Below, piece by piece: positions 63,903 to 64,000 of a DNA stretch of 64,000 nt (position 1 is the first letter of the stretch; the number at the start of each line of letters is the position of its first letter). A program made the position numbers and the translations under genes. The stretch spans positions 1 to 64,000 of the forward strand of contig NW_027557518.1 of NCBI RefSeq assembly GCF_052425735.1. Reading direction: 5' to 3'. The notes below the pieces were generated by a model that ran no database searches, was not told the origin of the DNA, and saw only the letters and a list, made by a program, of their open reading frames with translations. The DNA is from Oculina patagonica. Lineage: Eukaryota.

Positions 63903-64000
63903 CTGAAAATAAAATAGCAAGAGCAACCTTTGTTGACTTATGATCAGGGTTCATTTCATGTCTCGTCATCAGTTCGAAAGTTTTCGGTTCGAATCTTTCT

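Overview
AT-rich eukaryotic DNA with GT-AG introns. The repeat types and the receptor family suggest a cnidarian, probably a stony coral (inference). The window is dominated by a duplicated two-gene module: an intronless 309-aa class A GPCR (+) lying tail-to-tail with a five-coding-exon, multi-pass membrane patatin/cPLA2-type lipase gene (-). Layout: [GPCR1> <lipase 3' remnant][GPCR2> <remnant][GPCR3> <remnant][GPCR4> <full lipase A, 810 aa][full lipase B, 814 aa>][GPCR5> <lipase C, running off the window]. Lipases A and B are a head-to-head inverted duplication. All five GPCRs are intact, and some are mosaics of two sequence types. In the remnants the internal exons have decayed, but every orphan last exon keeps its frame, acceptor and poly(A) signal, which suggests a possible alternative-terminal-exon array. 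The window also holds a two-exon 193-aa gene, a 5.8-kb foldback element with ~810-bp arms inside lipase A intron 2, many MITEs with visible TSDs or empty paralogous sites, tRNA-derived SINEs and satellites. Family assignments come from motif recognition, not database searches.
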